From Dimorphilus gyrociliatus (lineage: Eukaryota > Animalia > Annelida), in NCBI GenBank assembly GCA_904063045.1, contig CAJFCJ010000010.1, positions 62,001 to 126,000 of the forward strand: 64,000 nt of DNA, written 5' to 3'. The stretch's first letter is position 1, and the number at the start of each line of letters is the position of its first letter. Shown here one piece after another: positions 37,750-53,018 of the stretch. The translations under genes and the position numbers were made by a program. A model generated the notes under the pieces. That model did not search any database, was not told where the DNA came from, and worked only from the letters and a program-made list of their open reading frames with translations.

Positions 37750-40700
37750 TTAAGCGAGAGACGGTACTTGCGCGTATCTGTAGATATACAACCGATAATC
37801 CTTGCTGGCTAAAACAACCGAACCATCATCCATTAGAGCGACATCGAAGCACTGCGCATGTTTTACTTTAGATTCTAAAGCGTTCAAAAGCGTTCCGTCC
37901 TGGCTGAAAATAGTTATGTTGAAGTTGTTGTGGTTATCAGCAATAAGAATTTCTCCAGCTGAATTTATTCCAACTCCGATTGGGTAATTCGTGACACCTT
38001 CTCCTCCCACTTGCCTTAAATACATGCCGTTATAGTCGAAAACTTTAACGCAATGTGCACGGTTATCGGATATGAATATCTCGTCCTGGTCATTTACTAC
38101 CACGCCATTTGGAAACTCCAAATATTTAGAGCAGCTGTTGCAAATAAAAAATGAAGAGTGGGTTAGAAAGAAAATAATTTCTACAGACGTTTCCAAGTAC
38201 AGAAGACTAAACAATGTATGCAACTTGCTATACTGTATGCTTGCAATATTAACACTTATTCGCCTAACTTAACTTATATATGTTGTATTGCAAAAAAAAT
38301 CAACTTCTATCATTAATTTAGGATTAGGTATAATCTAAACTCATTTATCGTTTATGTAAAATTTCTAAAAGAACAGCGTGAATAATTAGCTCCTTCATGA
38401 ATACAAGCCGGCCAAGCCTATTTTATATCCTTATGTTATTTACTAATTATTAAGTTCATTATTGATTATCATATGTAATTTGTGATATTTTAAGCTTTTA
38501 AGAGTAAAATATGCTTGCTAACTAATGTTACAACAAAAATTCAATAAAGATATCTTACCTAAACTTTCTTAAAACATTTCCAGTCAGATCGAAAATAATC
38601 ACCCTCATCACTTTACATTCGACAATAACTATTCTTCCTTTACTATCAACGGTGACACCTCTTGGATGTTGCAATACTGATGCTCCAAATTTTCTCATAA
38701 ATTGCCCATACTGGTTGTAAATCTGGATTTGGTGGGTTGGGCTTCGTTCCGTAACAACAATATCTCCAGATGATTTAACTACAGCTACTCGATTTGGATA
38801 TAGCAGCTGACCATCTCTTTTACCACATTCTCCAAATTGAAATTTAAATCTACCCTCTCTATCAAAAATTTGAATTCGGTGATTATTCGTATCGGCGACC
38901 ACAATATCGTTCTGAGCGTTAACAGCGACGCCACTAGGTTCCGTAAACTGTCCATCCATTACTCCAAATTCTCCAAACTTGCAATGATATATCATCTTAT
39001 GCCGTTTAATCTGCGACCTTGGTGGATAGATATTCGCAGTTATCAATTTTGCTGTCAAATCCATCATCGGGTCAGTAAGAACAGGGGTTGGTACTGTAGC
39101 CGATGCACTTGAATAGGGTAAATCGTTACCGGAGCTCCATTTTTCATATGGCCTAGCACTGTTCTGATTATCTAGAGATTCGTGTAGCTGATTTAAGCCG
39201 TTAGCAATTCCATTTGATAGGTGAGAATCGGTTGAATTCGATAGCGAGCCCAAAGAATGCGTTGAAGGAAATCTGTTACTAGATAAGCCTAGCGAGTTGT
39301 CGATAGTCGGAGGAAGAGTATTCCCATTTGACATGAACGGATGCTGTGGATTTACCGGATTGGGTGGAGCAATAACCCTGGACACAGGCTTGCTGATAGG
39401 CGGTTGCGGTGGGAAAGGGTGGCGTTGCATTGGGTCAGTAGCAGTCTGTCTTATATAGCCGAACGTGTTACGAACGCCGACCTAAAAAAAAAGACCGGGT
39501 GGTTAGTAGGGCAGATAAAGTTGGTATTTTTATTCTAGTTATATATAACAGCTGTTACCTGTATGGCTTGGTAATTCGATACAAATTCCAAATCAGACAC
39601 GTTGTTTGTCACTTCCGGCGTATACTGTATTAAGTTCTGCAGTCGTACATCCAAGAGTTTTTTAAACATCAATACCTGTGAATGATTAAAACATGATTAC
39701 ATTTTCCATAATAAACATGAAGACTTCTGTTAAAATTAAGGTGTTATAATGTCTATAAATGATTCCAGATTTTTCTCTAAGAATGTCTATTACGGAAAAG
39801 AATAGCTAATTAGTAAAGAGTCGTGTCAAGAAACGAAATATATGGCTATTTATATACTTTATATATTTCCTACAGATCTTGCTTTTCGGCTATACAGATC
39901 GGGTTTGATAAGATAGAAGTTCAATTAGTTTATACAATAATATCCAATCAATCAATCACAGTTTACAAATTAGCAGTTGAATGTAAAGTAACGAATTTCC
40001 AACTTCTCTTTTCACTTCATATTATGTTACAGAAAATCGAACCTTACTGATTAATCTGGACGTCAAGAAAATGGAAATATATCGGCAGTGGATGAAAGAC
40101 GCCCTTGATATTACAATATGGCGTCAAGGGTAAGCGTGATAAAATCAGTTCGTTATTTTTTATACTACATTTTAATGTATAGACATGATTTTTGAATAGA
40201 AAAACCTGAAAAGAACAATTGAAAACAGAAAAATTCTCTTACCTCCACCATATTTGCACACCTAGTAAGTCGCTCGATAAACTCAGCAGCCTGGTAAAGT
40301 TTCTCAGTTATTTCTGTCATTCGTTCCGTGGCAGCATTCAATGCGCCTTGTTTCTGAGTATTAGCCGCGTCCAATTCTCTTAATGCTTCTTCTCGCCGTC
40401 CATCCAGAATCGACCGGTAAAAGTTATAAGTCTCGTTTATATCGGCTTGGGCCTTTTTGTATTGATTATTCAATTTTGTCAGGCTGTGTTCGACGCTTTT
40501 GACATCGCTACGTAGGTCGGTCGCTTTAGCTTTGGCCTGTTGAGCTAGCGATTGTAACACGTCCAATTCTGTCCTAGCGTCCGTTGTCAGATAATCATAA
40601 TCGTGTAGCCTATGCTCGAATTTCACACATTCGTCACAAACCGCTTGTGAGCACTGACGGCAGAAAAACGAAAGTGATTCAGTCGGATGAATTTCACATG

Positions 40701-41205
40701 ACGACTCGTTCGAGCTAGTTGGAGAACTAGCAGCGACAGGTTCCAAGCTGCTAATGCGATGTCCATCGAAACAATGCATTATTCTGTGCGCGTTGACGCA
40801 CTGACTGCACAAAGTACTCGAACAGTCTATGCATCGCGCTATGGCGTTCGTCTCCGGATTTTTACAGCCTGTACAATGCAGAACTCCTCCCAACAACGAC
40901 GAATTTGAATCATCAGAAAATCCAATCGAGACATCTGGAAGTAGGGCACTAGCTCCGTTAGGCAGGTGACATTCCTCCCCACAGTCCGGACAGCAGAGAC
41001 GAGTTGAACCATCCGCTGTTTTTTCGATGCATTTCAAGCAGAACGTATGAAGACACGGAAGCACTCGAGGTTGTTGAAAGAGTTCATGGCAGATGGAACA
41101 TTTAGCCGGCACTGTTGCTTCGCAACCCGATGAACTGCTTGTTGAACTCATGTCGCAGGAGGTCGTCGTATTGTTTTCTGTCTGAGAAGGGGTTGGTGAC
41201 GTCAT
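37750..41205 (-). CDS. brat: TRIM-NHL protein Brain tumor ortholog (RING, 2 B-boxes, coiled coil, NHL repeats)
   Basis: NHL domain nearly identical to Brat as recalled (MIYHCKFGEFGVMDGQFTEPSGVAVNAQND...; KYLEFPNGVVVND...; ESKVKHAQCFDVALMDDGSVVLASKDY). RING CSIC...LPCLHTFCLKC...CPDC. Four coding exons. Confidence 0.95.
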
Positions 41206-43238
41206 TTTTCCTGAAATAAACATATAATGTCACTAATGCAAAATTATCAAGAATTAGGAGATAATAGCTCAACGTATCCTATGAATAAACCAAAATAGAA
41301 CAAGCCTTTTGACAGCAGCAGCTTCCTGACTTGTGAAGGATTCTCTTACCTCAGAGACAGTAATTATTATTTATTAGAGGTCGAATACTCTTACAAAATC
41401 TTAAGAGAAAAGAAAAAAATGGAATACAATGGGTACTCTTTTGTAAACCAGAATAACACTCTTCGTACAGCTGCACATTTATTTTACTTAGTACTCAAAA
41501 ATTCGACGAAATGCCTTAGTAGATGTTTCGAGCGTTGACATTTCGGGTAAATTTTTAATACAAATATATATATATGTATAACAAACATGCCTAGGATATA
41601 AAGTAATATACCGGGAATATCCTCAAATGCTTGGAGAAGACTTGAAGTGAATAAATATTTTGACTATTCCCTTTAATGTCAGGTGGTAATATGTTAATAA
41701 CACCTTGAGTAACAACCTAACACCTTATAACATACCCGATTGTCCTAAAAGTAGTTTTTTGTGTGACAGTGATCACTAACTGTTATGAATCCAGGTATAC
41801 TAAGTAAACAGAATTTGTTAAATTAACAACAACTAGTTTGCTGCTTTGTAAACAAATTACCTAAATCTAATACCTAAATAAGGAAAGTGCAAGCTAAATG
41901 ACTTAAAAATCGACTTACCAACACCTTCCTAATGGCAATGACATAAAAACTGAACTAAAATAATTATTTGCACTTGCACAGTTATTCAAACAGAATCTTA
42001 CTCTTTCCATTATCGTTATTAGTTGCAGTCAAGACGTTATACATTTGGAAATTAGCAATGTTCTAAATTTTGTCACATAATCAAGACACAATGGCCGTTA
42101 CGTGCTAATATGCTTGTTCGTTTAAATCAATAAAGTACCTTATGCATGATAAAACAGCATCTACAAAAACAGGTATGAATTGTATGAAGAAAAAACAAGA
42201 AATCAAGGCGAACAATAATGCAATTAATTTAAGTAAAAATTAAGTAAAAACGTTATAAAATGTAATAAAATATAAATTGGCTAGTCCTATAAAAACTGTC
42301 GCTTTACGCCACAAGCCAATAATCAATTATTCATATCTGAATTATAAAGATAAAATTGTAAGTTTCTACAAAGGTTAGTAGGCTCTCGCTTTGCAACAAA
42401 TCAAAGGTTGAATTAAATATTTAAAAATAAAAAAAAGAACAGTAAGAACGTACGTTTTAAATTGGAGGTTTAACTTTCGTCGAGGTTGCTGCACAGATAC
42501 ACTATTCTTTTTGCACAATTGTTCTTCTTTCATCTGTAATCACTCAATTAAGAGTGTCTTGACATGGACTGAACTCAAATGTAATTATACGCTGTTTAAA
42601 AGTCCACTTTTTTTGTTACAAAATTTTTTATTATGCGCTACCCTCCAATTAGTCATAAAGATACACCCGCCTAGATACGTAACAACTTATGTTGAAAAAA
42701 ACACCAGCTAGATGGTTTTGAACAAGACGTCATGTATGAATCATTCTGCTAAATTATTCATGATCTGCAGTAGTTTTGTTATACGGAGAGCAAAAACAGC
42801 TGATACTGTTCAATATCGTTCTTAACGGCTCATTTACGACTTTTCAGAGTCACTCGGTGGTTACGAATAATTATTGCAGTTTTTTAATGTACACAAACAA
42901 CGCTATCTTGTACGTGCATAGCAACAGCAGTCCTGAAAATAGATGACCTAGTAGGCAGACTGCACGAAAGAGCAATTATAATCATTCACATTCAGAAAAA
43001 CACAAGAAATCCAAAGAAAAATCTTTTTCCATTTGGCTTGTTAACGATTCTAGTTGTTATGTCTTTAACAAACTAGACAAAAATCAACGTTCTTTGTCTA
43101 ACGCCAATTCTCTATGGGCGGGTACTTCGAATAAATTTTCGATTTTTCATTAATCATGCACAGTACACAGTAAACTAGTAACGTTCCATAAGTATTTATG
43201 TACATCTATATCCCACAATGTTAGTTTGAGAAACTTAC

Positions 43239-43728
43239 CTATCACGAAATGTGTTTTCGGCGAGAAAAAACGAATTATGCGACGTAAATGCACCTATCAC
43301 CCCGCCATCTTGACGACGGCAACGAATAAATCGATTGGGCAAGCCCACATGCGCATGCGCATTGAACCTTGGTAATGTAAAACAAGCACGTTTCGCAGCG
43401 CCCACGAATAATTAAGATATAATTTCACTTACGATGGACACAAATTCCAGCATTTAATTAAAATTTTAATGTAAATTTAAAGTAAAATAAATTTTTACCG
43501 TGAAATGCCATAAAGCAAACGATGAGATGATCTCGCAAAGTCTCGCGTTGCTTTATAATCAGTAGACAAAACGGCGTAAACGACAACCATGTTACAACAA
43601 ATATAACCTGTTCTGGCGTAAACAATTATTATCTCCGCAGCCATTTTGTTTTTGCTCAAGCACCGCCATATCGTTATGCATGCCTAATTATTTCAATTTA
43701 TTCGCTAGCGTAGAATGCAACTGCCGAA
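43239..43728. promoter_or_regulatory. Putative bidirectional promoter of brat and Argonaute
   Basis: Minus-strand donor AG|GTAAGT at 43239/43238; YY1-type CCGCCATCTTG at 43302-43312; reverse CCAAT at 43334-43338; perfect NRF1-type palindrome ATGCGCATGCGCAT at 43349-43362; a second GCCATTTT near 43639; Ago ATG at 43729. Confidence 0.6.
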
Positions 43729-46700
43729 ATGTATCCTATGAGTAAGTAGACATCCTTCGATTTATAATTTACCTTTTTTTAACGTGTTCAGATCGTGCCC
43801 GATTGCTCGTAAATTAAAGAAAACGCAAACTAGCAGTCTCGTGCAGGTTTAACGGGCCCGTCTTAATTAGTCATTTTTTCTTAGTCACACGCTTACTACT
43901 CTCATTAATCGAGTCATTCCGAACTATTCATTTAGTGTTCGGGATCTGTGGATGTAAGATATTGTTTGATCGTTTATGAGTGATTTTTACGCGTTCAGAC
44001 GACATGCTCTTTGTGTTTACTCAATAACTCAAGTAGAGTTATAAACGTGGATATAACCGTAACTACTGACTGAAGTTTTAGCATTTGGCTAATTTCTTTA
44101 AAAAACTAACGGATAGCTGATTTAAAACGCTGAGAATTTTGTGAACACGTGTTGTTAAAAAATTGAAACAATCTGATACGATTGTTGTCAGCTGAATAGG
44201 GATATAAATATGAATAACGAACAATGGATAAGTTATATTCCTCCTCAGAGAAATAATTTAGAGGATAGAAGTCCTGTTACGCCTGTAGCCTATGGTTTGA
44301 GTGATTCTCAAACCAGTACACTGGCTCTTAGCTATTTAACAACAGTTGACCCGTTTACTTTGAAAGCGCAGTACGATATGTTTGAAGGTATTAGCATAAT
44401 TAATATATGGGTGGTTTTCTATTTATAACTGGAACAAAATATGCTTTTTAAACGTTATAATTTTATTATTTTGTGATAGTGTCTAGCAACAATAGAATAA
44501 TTGTATGTTTAAATACTGTAAAAGAAGTATTCTCAGTTATTGTTTTCTCTAACTATACTGTGATATATTTACACCAAAGGGGAACTGTAATATAAGTTCA
44601 TATGGATAAGAAAGTACAAGTATTTAATATTGTATTTGTATAAAAGGTAAAAAGTAGTAATATGAAATATAATAAAATCCTGGTATATGATACGGGAAAA
44701 AAACCAGAAAACATACTAGAATAACACTCGACTTGAGGAGAGCGGTGCTAATTATTGAGAATAATGCTAACAAAAGCTATTCTAATCTGGCCTATTTTGG
44801 CCCATAAGCAGTTTTCCATTTTATATTTTATATTTTCTTTCTTCAGATCATTCGGCCGTTTTAAATGACGATTTCAAAGACTTGCATATAGCAGCTGCTC
44901 TACCTCCTTACACAACCGAACTCGCCGATTCAATTAAACAATCAAAGTTTTTCGGCTCTGGAGCTCCTCTTGCTGCTCCTGGTATCAATAATGGTCTTGG
45001 TGCCTTACCCCATGGTCCCCCAGCGCCTATTCAAAGACCACTAGGACCACCAGGTCCCCATAACCCGCCGATAGGTCCGCCACCAGGCAGTTATCCTCCA
45101 GGATTACCAGCAGGTAGTAAGTCAAGTTAATTTAACTTCAAGTTATTAATTCGGGATTATTAACAGGCCCCCCGGCTCATCCTTTGGGACCACCGGGAGG
45201 AGGACCCCCTCCTCAGCCTCCACCAGGCGGTGGTTCTGGTCAATATGGCGAGTTTCGATGTCCTCCAAGACCAAACATTGGCTGCGAAGGTCGTCCGATA
45301 TCGTTAAGGGCAAATCATTTTGCTGTCACGATTCCGAGGGGTTCAATAAATCACTATGATATAGGGATTTCACCAGAAAAATGCCCACGCCGCGTAAATC
45401 GCGAAATCGTCGAGACAATGGTTAAGGCATATTCACAAAAGATTTTCAATGGTCAGAAACCCGTTTTCGATGGTCGCAAGAATTTATACTCTAAGGATCC
45501 TCTACCTATTGGAAGGGATAAAATGGAGTTGGAAGTAACTTTACCAGGGGATGGCAAAGACAGGACCTTTAAGGTGACAATAAAGTGGGTCGCTAATATA
45601 TCCCTATACAACCTGGAAGAAGCTCTTCAAGGTAAACAACCCAATATGCCACAAGATGCTATTTCTGCTTTGGACGTCGTTATGCGTCATCTTCCCAGTA
45701 TGAAGTAAGAGATTCACATTTCTTCCATTTGCTTCTCTTTATACTTTTCTGTTTACTTTTCAGATATACCCCAGTGGGGCGCTCGTTTTTCCAACCTTCT
45801 CAGCAGTATGAACACCCGTTGGGAGGTGGCAGAGAAGTGTGGTTCGGCTTCCATCAGTCTGTAAGACCCTGTCACTGGAAAATGATGATGAATATTGATG
45901 GTGAGTCATTTTCCCGCTTAAAATCTTTTCATATTTTTATCTGAAAACCAGTGAGTGCTGTCGACTCCTGAGTTGTGTGTCATTACTGTGGCTTTTTGCC
46001 ATTAAGTCTAATTTAGCTCTAGTATTGCAAATGACAAAACATGTAAAATAGGTAGGACTGAAACTAGACTAACCAAAAATAATTTATTTTTTACTTTATT
46101 AGAGGTAAGCTTATTAAGTAAAATTAATTGCACTTCTGAGTGTCTTATTGATTAGGTTTAGGTCTTTCTCTATACATGCTTATCCTTCTCTCTTTAATTA
46201 GCGTCGGCGACTGCCTTTTACAAAGCTCAACCAGTTATCGACTTCATGGCGGAAGTTTTAGAAATGCATGATCCACGTGATCAAAAACGACCCTTGACGG
46301 ATGCCCAACGAGTGAAATTTACAAAGGAAATACGCGGTTTGAAAGTTGAAATAACCCATTGCGGTGAAATGAAGAGAAAATATCGGGTATGCAACGTAAC
46401 TAGGCGACCTGCTCAAACTCAATCGTTCCCCTTGCAATTGGAGAGCGGACAGACAGTTGAGTGTACTGTAGCCAAGTACTTCAACGACCGATACCAAGTT
46501 CGATTAAATTTTCCTCATTTACCTTGCCTGCAAGTTGGTCAGGAGCAAAAGCACACTTATCTGCCTCTGGAAGTTTGCAATATTGTAGGAGGACAACGCT
46601 GCATCAAAAAGCTGACGGATATGCAAACTTCAACTATGATAAAGGTAACTATTTGGAAAAATTGGCAGTATTAATATATTATTTATAAATAACATTATTT

Positions 46701-48256
46701 TCTTTCTAGGCCACTGCAAGATCTGCACCTGAGAGGGAGAAGGAAATTAAGAATTTAGTTGAGGAGGCTGACTTTCAGAACGACCAATACATGAAAACGT
46801 TTAACTTGACGATAGATAAGAGTATGACGGAAGTTCAGGGCCGCGTCTTGCCTGCTCCTAAATTGCAATATGGTGGACGGGTAAGTTTAAAATGACGGGT
46901 GTATCTTTGTTTATAGTAATACTATATCTCCATTGTTTACAGACCAAAGTCCAAGTTGTTCCTAATCAAGGTGTATGGGATATGAGAGGAAAGCAATTAT
47001 ACCAGGGAATACAGATACGAGTTTGGGCTATTGCTTGCTTTGCTCCTCAAAGAACAGTTGGGGAAGAAGCTTTGAGATCGTTCACTAATCAGTTGCAAAA
47101 GATTTCAAACGACGCCGGAATGCCTATTACCGGACAGCCGAGCTTCTGTAAATACGCGAATGGTCCCGATCATGTTGAACCTATGTTTCGCTATTTAAAA
47201 AACACTTATCCTGGACTTCAGTTGATTGTCGTAGTTCTTCCGGGTAAAACTCCGGTTTATGCTGAAGTAAAGAGAGTTGGCGATGTTATATTCGGTATGG
47301 CTACGCAGTGTGTGCAAGCAAAGAATGTGAACAAAACTTCCCCCCAAACGCTCTCCAACCTCTGCTTGAAAATAAACGTCAAGCTAGGCGGCATAAACAA
47401 CATTTTGATGCCGAGTGTCAGACCTAATGTCTTCCGGGAGCCAGTCATATTTATGGGGGCTGATGTTACGCATCCACCAGCTTCAGATAGAACGAAGCCA
47501 TCTATAGCAGCTATTGTAGGTTCTATGGATGCTCATCCAAGCCGCTATGCAGCAACAGTACGGGTTCAACAACATAGATCGGAAACGATTCAAGATTTAT
47601 CGGCTATGGTTAAAGATTTACTCGTTCAATTTTACAGAAGTACCCACTTTAAGCCAAATCGTATTATTTTTTACCGTGACGGCGTTAGTGAGGGCCAATT
47701 CCAACAGATATTACAGAACGAGCTCAAGGATATAAGAAAGGCCTGCATTGCTCTAGAACAAAATTATCAACCGGGAATAACTTTTGTTGTCGTTCAGAAA
47801 CGACATCATACTCGTCTATTCTGCGCCGACAAAAAGGATCAGATTGGAAGATCGTCGAATGTGCCTGCTGGTACTACCGTTGATAATTCTATAGTTCATC
47901 CAACAGAGTTTGACTTCTATCTCTGCTCTCACGCTGGTATACAAGGCACGTCTAGACCATCTCACTACCATGTGCTATGGGATGACAATCGCTTCAATGC
48001 CGACGATCTGCAGATGCTCACTTATCAGCTTTGTCACACTTACGTAAGGTGCACTAGGAGCGTCTCAATCCCAGCACCAGCGTACTATGCTCATCTTGTG
48101 GCATTTAGGGCGCGATACCATCTCGTTGAGAAAGAGCATGATAGTGGCGAGGGTTCTAGTAATGTAAGTGGAAATAGTGATGAGCATAATTTGTCTTCGT
48201 TGATGCGAGCCATTCAGGTTCATCAGCAATCAACGAATGTCATGTATTTCGCTTAA
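43729..48256 (+). CDS. AGO1: miRNA-class Argonaute (AGO1/Ago2-like) with complete DEDH tetrad
   Basis: Micro-exon ATGTATCCTATGA (MYPM), P/G-rich N-terminus, N/PAZ/MID/PIWI domains; [25 protein letters not shown] and YYAHLVAFR. Confidence 0.97.
44210..44387 (+). CDS. Putative alternative first coding exon of Argonaute
   Basis: ATG-initiated 59 codons ending GAAG|GTATT (phase 1), in frame with the common exon at 44847. Confidence 0.5.
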
Positions 48257-48300
48257 GCTTCTTTCACCGAAGGTCTACAGCTTAAAGCATACGAATTATT

Positions 48301-48400
48301 GATATATATATATGTATATGTGTGTATTTCGCTTATATATATATAGATAAGCATATATATATAAAAACTTATATTTACATACATATATATATACATATTC
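48301..48400. repeat. Imperfect (TA)/(TG)/(CA) microsatellite in the Argonaute 3' region
   Basis: Read directly. Confidence 0.8.
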
Positions 48401-49366
48401 ATGTATCTAAATGACAAGGCGATTGTGAGGTGGGCGCGATGCCTAATTTTTCCGTATTACAATTGGGACTCTTACATTACATAAAATAGAATGTTTATTC
48501 AATATCGTTTTGGAAAAATACCAGAGAATGATAAAAGCATTAATGAATTTCATTTTATAAAATAATACTAAACTGAACCCATGTAACTTATGAAGAAACC
48601 AATAAGAAATCAAGTCCAAGGAAGTAGTTTTATAATAAAGTTTTTCTCTTGTTCGCGCCGCAAGAGGATCATTTCTTTTACTCAAAAATAAATACGAAAA
48701 AAAAACGTTCGCTTAGTCATATCTCTTCTCTATCTCTAATTAACTGGCTGTGAAAATGTTTATTCTTGTATCGTTTGCTAGTAACGTGTTATTTTTGTAC
48801 CGTTTCGAGAGTGCGCACTAAATATTCTTTTGTTTAGAGCTTGTCTGTCGTCAACTAGTCGTTTTGTTGTAAACGGTCGGGAAAAATATTTAAAAAGAAT
48901 CGAGGGAAATATTTAACGTTTGTTGTAGCGTTTAACTAGTCTTTATTTTCATTTACTGTGTTTTTTTCTAGCTCATTCTGTGCTGCTGATAATGCAACGC
49001 CATTTTTTTTTTCGTCGCTTTTTAAAAAATATGATATTTACATAATTCGAAGATTTTTCCGTGATGCAATCTAAAATTATCATATAGAGCATGCTGTTTA
49101 TTTTTCATTATTTGTTTATTTAAAACCAATGGTGAATCGTTCGTTTTTGTTTATTTTTTCTGAGACACTTAGATTCGACTGTACTACCCAAGTATGAAAT
49201 ACATATTATACCAAGCACGTTTGAAAATATTAAATTACTTTTTTTTTTTATTACTACTTGCTCATAAACGCTTTTATTATAACAGAATATTAAGCTAATT
49301 AGTTTTTATTGTTTTAAAATTAGTCAGCGAAAGGGTTAGAAATTTTTCAAATAAAAAAAAAATTCT

Positions 49367-50551
49367 TTATTTTGTCTTCTTCGCCTCTTCCTTATCTTTG
49401 GGTGTTGAAACAAATTTTCCTCTTTGCTTAAACATGTGCATATACAATTGTGGGAAAACTGTTGAAATGAAGAAGATTGATTCGTTAAAGTAAATGTAGT
49501 GAAATATACAATATAAAAATATATCTTACTTGGAATATAAGTTAACATTCCAATAATTAATAATGTATAATAGTCAAAACTAAAGTTGTATTTGTTGGGT
49601 AAATGAAAACTGTATAAGCCAGACTTCTTGACTGATGGCAAAGCGTTGTAGAAGACTAATAATTCACCCTGTAAATGTAATGTATTGATTTAGAGTCTGC
49701 TAGTGATTATTTCAAGAAAGATTCTGTTCATATTCTATATATATTTTAATAGATTTATTTAGTAGATTATTTTCTGCGTTTTGTTTGAATAGGACTTACC
49801 GTAACACCAATTGGATAAAGGACAATGAAAAAAGTGTATCTGAAGTTGAAATGAGTTATTTTAGAGTGTATAGAAAGATTTATTTATAGTTTTCATTATT
49901 GAAGTTCTTTACCTTGCCCATACGATAAAGTAAGGTACATCAGATAACAAATTGATTGCATAATAAGCATATCTAACTATCTCTGTTATACTCCATGCCG
50001 CCAAGTACATTGTCGTTCCATTGGTGGCTCTTGTCTAGAGAGTTCCAAGAAAATAGTTATAAATTTATATACTGTATATATATATAAATTAGTTTACATA
50101 CTTCAGGAACACTGTAGGATATTCCCCATACAACAAATACTCTAGAAAGTACTTGAAAGAAAGTTAAAAAGACATTGGACTTTACCAAACCGAGTGCGGC
50201 GTGAACAACCTAAGATTTTAATAAATTATAATACTGAAAAAATGCTTCATTTGCTTCTTTTATATTTTACCTCTAGTATTGCGGCAGTTTGGAAAATGTA
50301 AAGTAAAGTGGAGCAAATTTTGAAAACAGACTTTGTACTACCGGCGTTTATCAGTCCATAGAATATCATAAACCATCTATAATTAGTTAAATATCGCTCA
50401 AGGTTAATGCAAAATTAGACGCAACTATACAGTTCAACAGATACTTTTCTTACCCGAAGAATTGGACGACATTATATACAACTAAGTAGAGAGTTGATAT
50501 TGAGGCTGCTTCTTGATTTGGTGGGGTTTTTTGTGATTTCTCAGTTGCCAT
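49367..50551 (-). CDS. HACD: Very-long-chain (3R)-3-hydroxyacyl-CoA dehydratase (PTPLA family)
   Basis: YLVVYNVVQFFGW, FQTAAILEVVHAALGLV, QVLSRVFVVWG, AWSITEIVRY, LYPIGVTGE (catalytic Tyr/Glu), FPQLYMHM and a K-rich C-terminus. Confidence 0.92.
50068..50078. mobile_element. Putative Tc1/mariner excision footprint TA-CTG-TA in a HACD intron
   Basis: TATATA-CTG-TATATATATATA. Confidence 0.45.
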
Positions 50552-50873
50552 AGTTTCTCAACTTGTTTCGTATACCGGTCAGGAAACGGTTAGGCTACCT
50601 CAGTTCAGCAGACGACTTTTATATAACCTTGAACTTATTTCAATGTATTAACAATGTGAAGTTGACGTTAACAAAAGGTTTTTAAGAGAATAGCTCTGTC
50701 TATTTTACCAATTAGAAATTAGTACTATTTATGAAATTATATAAAGAGTAAGTCTATTAATAAAAAGTAATATAGTTATTCTTTAAAACAATTATAACTC
50801 TTTTTTTCTGTAGAATTTTCATCATTTTTGCATCTTCAATTATATAGTATTTTCCTTAAAACTCTATTTCGAC

Positions 50874-52782
<1,909 letters not shown>

Positions 52783-53018
52783 AAGCTACGTTTCTTATTT
52801 ATTAATGACATCTTATAAAAAGATTTATGGATGATTTAGTAGACAATACTTGTAGACGAGCAGAGTTATTAATTTAATAAAATGAAAAGCATTCATTTGA
52901 ATAATTATGAAAGAAGAGCGTCTAATAAAACAAAGAGTATAATAAAGTGTATTCTTTTTCCCTTGATTAATATAAATAGCGCCGCGTTTACTATATTACG
53001 TTTCGTATATTTTCTCTT

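Noticed and set aside
41300-43200. Intronic miRNA genes in the long brat leader introns
   Set aside because: By eye I found no mature sequence of a conserved bilaterian miRNA and no hairpin of 60 nt or more; a miRDeep/Infernal run is needed to exclude novel ones.
43852-43861. Palindrome ACGGGCCCGT in Ago intron 1
   Set aside because: A single 10-bp palindrome with no other support.
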